A stretch of 64,000 nucleotides of DNA from the NCBI RefSeq assembly GCF_009914755.1, contig NC_060936.1; one strand, given 5' to 3'. This stretch comes from the human T2T-CHM13v2.0 reference genome, Homo sapiens. Below the pieces are notes generated by a model. The model worked only from the letters and a program-made list of their open reading frames with translations. It ran no database searches and had not been told where the DNA came from. Within the stretch, counting starts at the first letter, position 1, and the number at the start of each line of letters is the position of its first letter. A program made the translations under genes and the position numbers. Below are positions 59,370 through 64,000 of the stretch, piece after piece.

Positions 59370-60298
59370 TACTTTCCATTCCCATTTTGGAGTCACCAGT
59401 GTCTATTATTTCCATCCTTATATCCAATGTATCCATTGTTTAGCTCCCCCTTTTAAAATGAGAACATGTAGTATTTGATTTTATGTTTCTGAATCATCTC
59501 ACTTAGGATTATGGCCTCCAGCTCCATCTATGTAGTCAGAGCAATCAAGGAAGAAAAAATAAAAGGCATCCAAATAGGGAAAAAAAGTCAAATTATCTCT
59601 GTTTGCTGGTGACATTATCCTATACCTAGAAAATCCTACGTATTCTTCCAAAAAACTCCTAGTGTTACCAGTTGAAGGGTGACCAGGTTCTTGGCATCTT
59701 GAAGAAAGAACTGGGCAAAATGCACAAACAAAGCAAGGAAAGAATGAAGCAACAATAGCAGAGATTTACTGAAAATGAAAGTACACTCTACAGAGTGGGA
59801 GTGGGCCCAAGCATAGGGTCTCAAGAGCCCTGTTACAGAATTTTCTGGTGTTTAAATACCCTCCAGAGGTTTCCATTGGTTACTTGGTGTATGCCCTATG
59901 TAAATGAAGAGGCTGAAGTAAGTTACAAAGTCATTCATTCAGTGTACAGTCTGTGTAAATGGAGAGGATATTTCTTGTCATTGCTGAAAAGTTTTCATTT
60001 GATTTAGTTGTAGGAGGTCAGCATGAATTGGCCTTATGTTCCCTGCCTCCATACCCTATTCTCCTGCCTCACTAGACCTGATAAATGACTTCAGTAAAGT
60101 TTCAGGATACAAAATTAATGCATAAAAAATCAGTTGCATTTCTATACACCAATAACGTTAAAGCTGAGAGCCAAATACATTATTCAATCCCATTTACAAT
60201 TGCCACACAAAAACAAAATACCCATGAATACATTTAACCAAAAAGGTGAAAGACCTCTAGGAGAAGAACTACAAAATGCTGGTTAAAGAAATCATAGT
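59370..60298. mobile_element. L1PB-like pieces joined head-to-head: 3' UTR minus (~59370-59533) and ORF2 plus (59534-60298, interrupted by MER51)
   Basis: TTGTTTAGCTCCC...GAGAACATG...GGCCTCCAGCTCCATC (reverse 3' region) abuts AGTCAGAGCAATCAAGGAAG...GTTTGCTGGTGACATT (RT region). Confidence 0.8.
59663..60071 (-). mobile_element. MER51-family ERV1 solo LTR
   Basis: Reverse strand begins TGAGGCAGGAGAATAGGGT.TGGAGGCAGGGAAC and ends GGTAACA; 4-bp TSD CTAG at 59659-59662 and 60072-60075. Confidence 0.92.
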
Positions 60299-62254
60299 AC
60301 CTGTTTTTTATTTAATGTCAGGTCTTCTTTTCTAAGGTTTTACTCTTTAATAATACCCGAAGAATTTTTATTCAAAACCTTCCTATGATGAGAGCCAATG
60401 GGTTTTATCTTACCTGGGTCTGTCTTGGGGAAAGTGAATCCCACTGTTTGATGTGGAGATTGACCTCTAATAGTCTCATGGTTTTTTTCTCCCTGACCTT
60501 GAACTCTCATAAAAAGAGAAAAAACTAGGAAATTGTTTTGTTTTTGTGTTCTTTTTGGTAAAGACTAGGTGCCAGAAGTGGGCAAATCAATGTTATGAGA
60601 TGTATTACCAATTTCATAGCATTTTAAACCACTGAAATTCTAGACTATCATTTAAGAAGACATTTAAATTAGTATATATTAACTTAAAGTCATATTGTAT
60701 CCTAACAATAAGTTTAGTAATCTAATGAATTCGACTTTGTGGCTAATATATTTTTGGTTAGGCAACTTTTCAACTCTTTAAAGCCTATCTAAATATAACT
60801 GTATCACAATAAATATGATAAGAAAATTACTGAAGAATTTAATATTTTAAAAATGTGAAGAGCAGAGATGATTATTGTAATCAATTCAAATTCAATAACA
60901 CCCTGTTAATGAGAATACCTCACTGTCAAATCAATACCATTTCATGCTTTTTATATTGATAGACACATTTTAGAGGATTGAAGTGAAGCTTACTGGTGAA
61001 GCTATGGCTTGGATCATGATTTTAAAATGTAAATACTAGGTTTTATAATTTCAACAAACAATTAAAGATGTATAGATTTTGGCCATTATCTATGACATTT
61101 TATTTTGGCTAACCTTTGATAGATTGTATTTTATACATTGCTAACTAGTGCAGTATTCATCTGAATCTGTCAAGTTGCTCCTAAGAAAACTCCAACATGA
61201 AAAGAAGCTACCGACATTGTAGAAATATGACCTCTATCATGGCAGAGTTGAACAAGAAGTAGGCTATATTGTGAAATAATTTTCAACCTTGTTTTCAAGA
61301 AAATGACATTACTATAAAACACTAATGGAAATAATTTAATTTTAATTATTATTATTTATCATAAGAAAAACATGTAAGCATAAGAAAAACATATAAGCAC
61401 GAAAATGTAGCCTAGTATCCATTTTTTATTGTATCTCCCTAACTCATGGAACAGTTGACCAATACACAGAGGCTCAAAAAAGTTTGTTAATTTAATTGAA
61501 TACTCATCAAAAGAATTGTTTTAACTAAGTGTAACAATGGCTAGAAAATTGAACCTTTTTTTTTCTAAGATCATTAAGTAAAGTTAATTTTTGAGGCTTT
61601 TGTTGACTCTTTTATAAAAAATATTACATTTATCTGAAGAAGAGATTACTAACAAAGCAAAAGAATGAAAAATTTCAGCCCAATATTGACTACATTAATC
61701 AGATGTTATTCTTCTCCACATAACACTTTTTGATAATAATTAGCATCTGAAAGATAGCAAATAAAAATTCATCACATATTATCAAAATAAATAATATAAA
61801 AGTTTATAGAAGTCCTAGTGGGAAATCAGTGAGGAACCAGTGTATTACATTTTATTTGGAGTAAAACATTAAGCTGTGATTATTGAGGATAAGTAAACGT
61901 TTTACTTCCAGACAAAGAAACAAAAGACAAGAAATGTACTTATTAACACTTAAGCAAAAACATAATTTTGAAAGTTAATACTGAGTTTTAGAAGGGGTAA
62001 AGCAAAAAGTGGCTATTCTTAATAAACGCTATAAATGCCACGTACAGTTTTCTATACTACAGGTCACTAAAAGAGTGAATTTTAAGTTATAGAATACTTA
62101 ATGTTATTAAAGTCAGTTTTCAGCAAAAAATACATGTTTCTGGCATCAAATTTTACATAAAACTATCCTTCGGCAATCTAATTTTACTTATAAATGAATA
62201 ATTATCTAATTGTAATACATTTTAGAAATATTAACTAAAATTGAACTGTTATAA

Positions 62255-62591
<337 letters not shown>

Positions 62592-62947
62592 ACTTTGTAA
62601 CTTTTAATTCAACATTTCTTTTTAGTTCCACCCAAAGTTGATGTTGCCAAAATTTTCATAATGCATGAGATACTGGGAACAAGCAAGCCATTGGCTGGTA
62701 GAAAGGTCCCTGAGCCTACTGAAAACCAGAAAAAGAAAGTATTACAGGGTTTAGAGATAGATTGATATCTTGCTTTATTGAACTTGTGTCCTCTTTCCAA
62801 ACCCACTTTCACATCACTTAGTAAAATATCTGAAATTGTATTGGCTTTCATTAAAAAAAAAATACAGGATTGAATGAGACAAAATGTCATTCATTTTGTA
62901 TACACAATTTAACTAATAATTAATAATTTTTAAAATACCAAAAAATT

Positions 62948-63253
<306 letters not shown>

Positions 63254-63610
63254 TTACTAGGTGTTATAAAATAGATGAAGAAAAATAGATACAATTAAAG
63301 GTCATAAAAGGCAATAATTAAATAACCTTTTCCATGAAACAGTCAGACTTTGATCTGCAAACACAAGGAATTATATAATATAACATAATATTATATTATA
63401 TTAACATTGTGAGAAGGCATCAAAAGTCCCCAAGCTTAAACAGCTTACTGCAAATGACCACTTTTATTGAAATTAAACAGAATACCTTTATTGATGAGAA
63501 ATCATAAAGGAAGCAACACCAAGCATGGCAAGTGTTCCCATTATCATTGGTTGTATATGCTCTAACTTCCAACACATTATCAAACTTCCAACACTGATCT
63601 ATAAAATCTA

Positions 63611-63884
63611 AGGCCGAAGTGGGTGGATCACGAGGTCAGGAGATAGAGACCATCCTGGTTAACACGGCGAAACCCCGTCTCTACTAAAAATACAAAAAAA
63701 AAAAAAAAAAAATTAGCTGGGCATAGTGACACGCGCCTGTAGCCCCAGCTACTTGGTAGGCTGAGGCAGGAGAATCTGGGAGGCAGAGGTTGCAGTCAGC
63801 CGAGATCGCACCACTGCACTCCAGCAGCCTAGGTGACAGAGCGAGATTCTGTCAAAAATAAACCAAAAAAAAAAAAACAAAAAG
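63611..63884 (+). mobile_element. 5'-truncated AluY-like element with expanded middle A tract
   Basis: Starts at AGGCCGAAGTGGG; ACCATCCTGGTTAACACGG; middle A run of about 19; internal deletion after GGAGAATC. Confidence 0.92.
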
Positions 63885-64000
63885 CATAATCTTTAGACAC
63901 TGTTGTTTAAACAAATACAGACTAAACAACAGAAAATTCTTCCAAACACCCACATCATCAAATTCACATCAAATAATGTGAGGACTTATCATTTCATATT

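Noticed and set aside
60414-60505. Possible minus-strand exon with CAG|GTAAGA donor
   Set aside because: Acceptor is a weak GAG, length is not a multiple of three and no peptide is recognised.

Overview
AT-rich, repeat-dense primate genomic DNA, almost certainly human because it carries a consensus-matching AluYa5. No host protein-coding gene, RNA gene or CRISPR array can be supported; the long ORFs are decayed LINE-1 ORF1/ORF2 pieces or Alu/LTR read-throughs. The window holds two full-length but ORF-disrupted primate L1s with TSDs (L1PA4-like, minus, 6145-12318; L1PA8-class, plus, 45257-51420), several old L1M elements, about ten Alus, MaLR/ERV solo LTRs (THE1, MST, MLT1, MER51), hAT relics, a piggyBac MER85 MITE, and L2/MIR fragments. 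I did not find a new biological system. The most notable signals are structural: (1) a ~3.4 kb inversion (19177-22611) with 6-bp inverted microhomology that splits two L1 elements; (2) a 174-bp templated insertion copied from 1.57 kb downstream (1681-1854); (3) an open 168-codon antisense ORF0 frame in the L1PA4 whose start region is tandemly duplicated; (4) a pristine AluYa5; (5) an Alu-Alu unequal-crossover duplication. Subfamily names come from recalled diagnostic sequence, not a RepeatMasker run.
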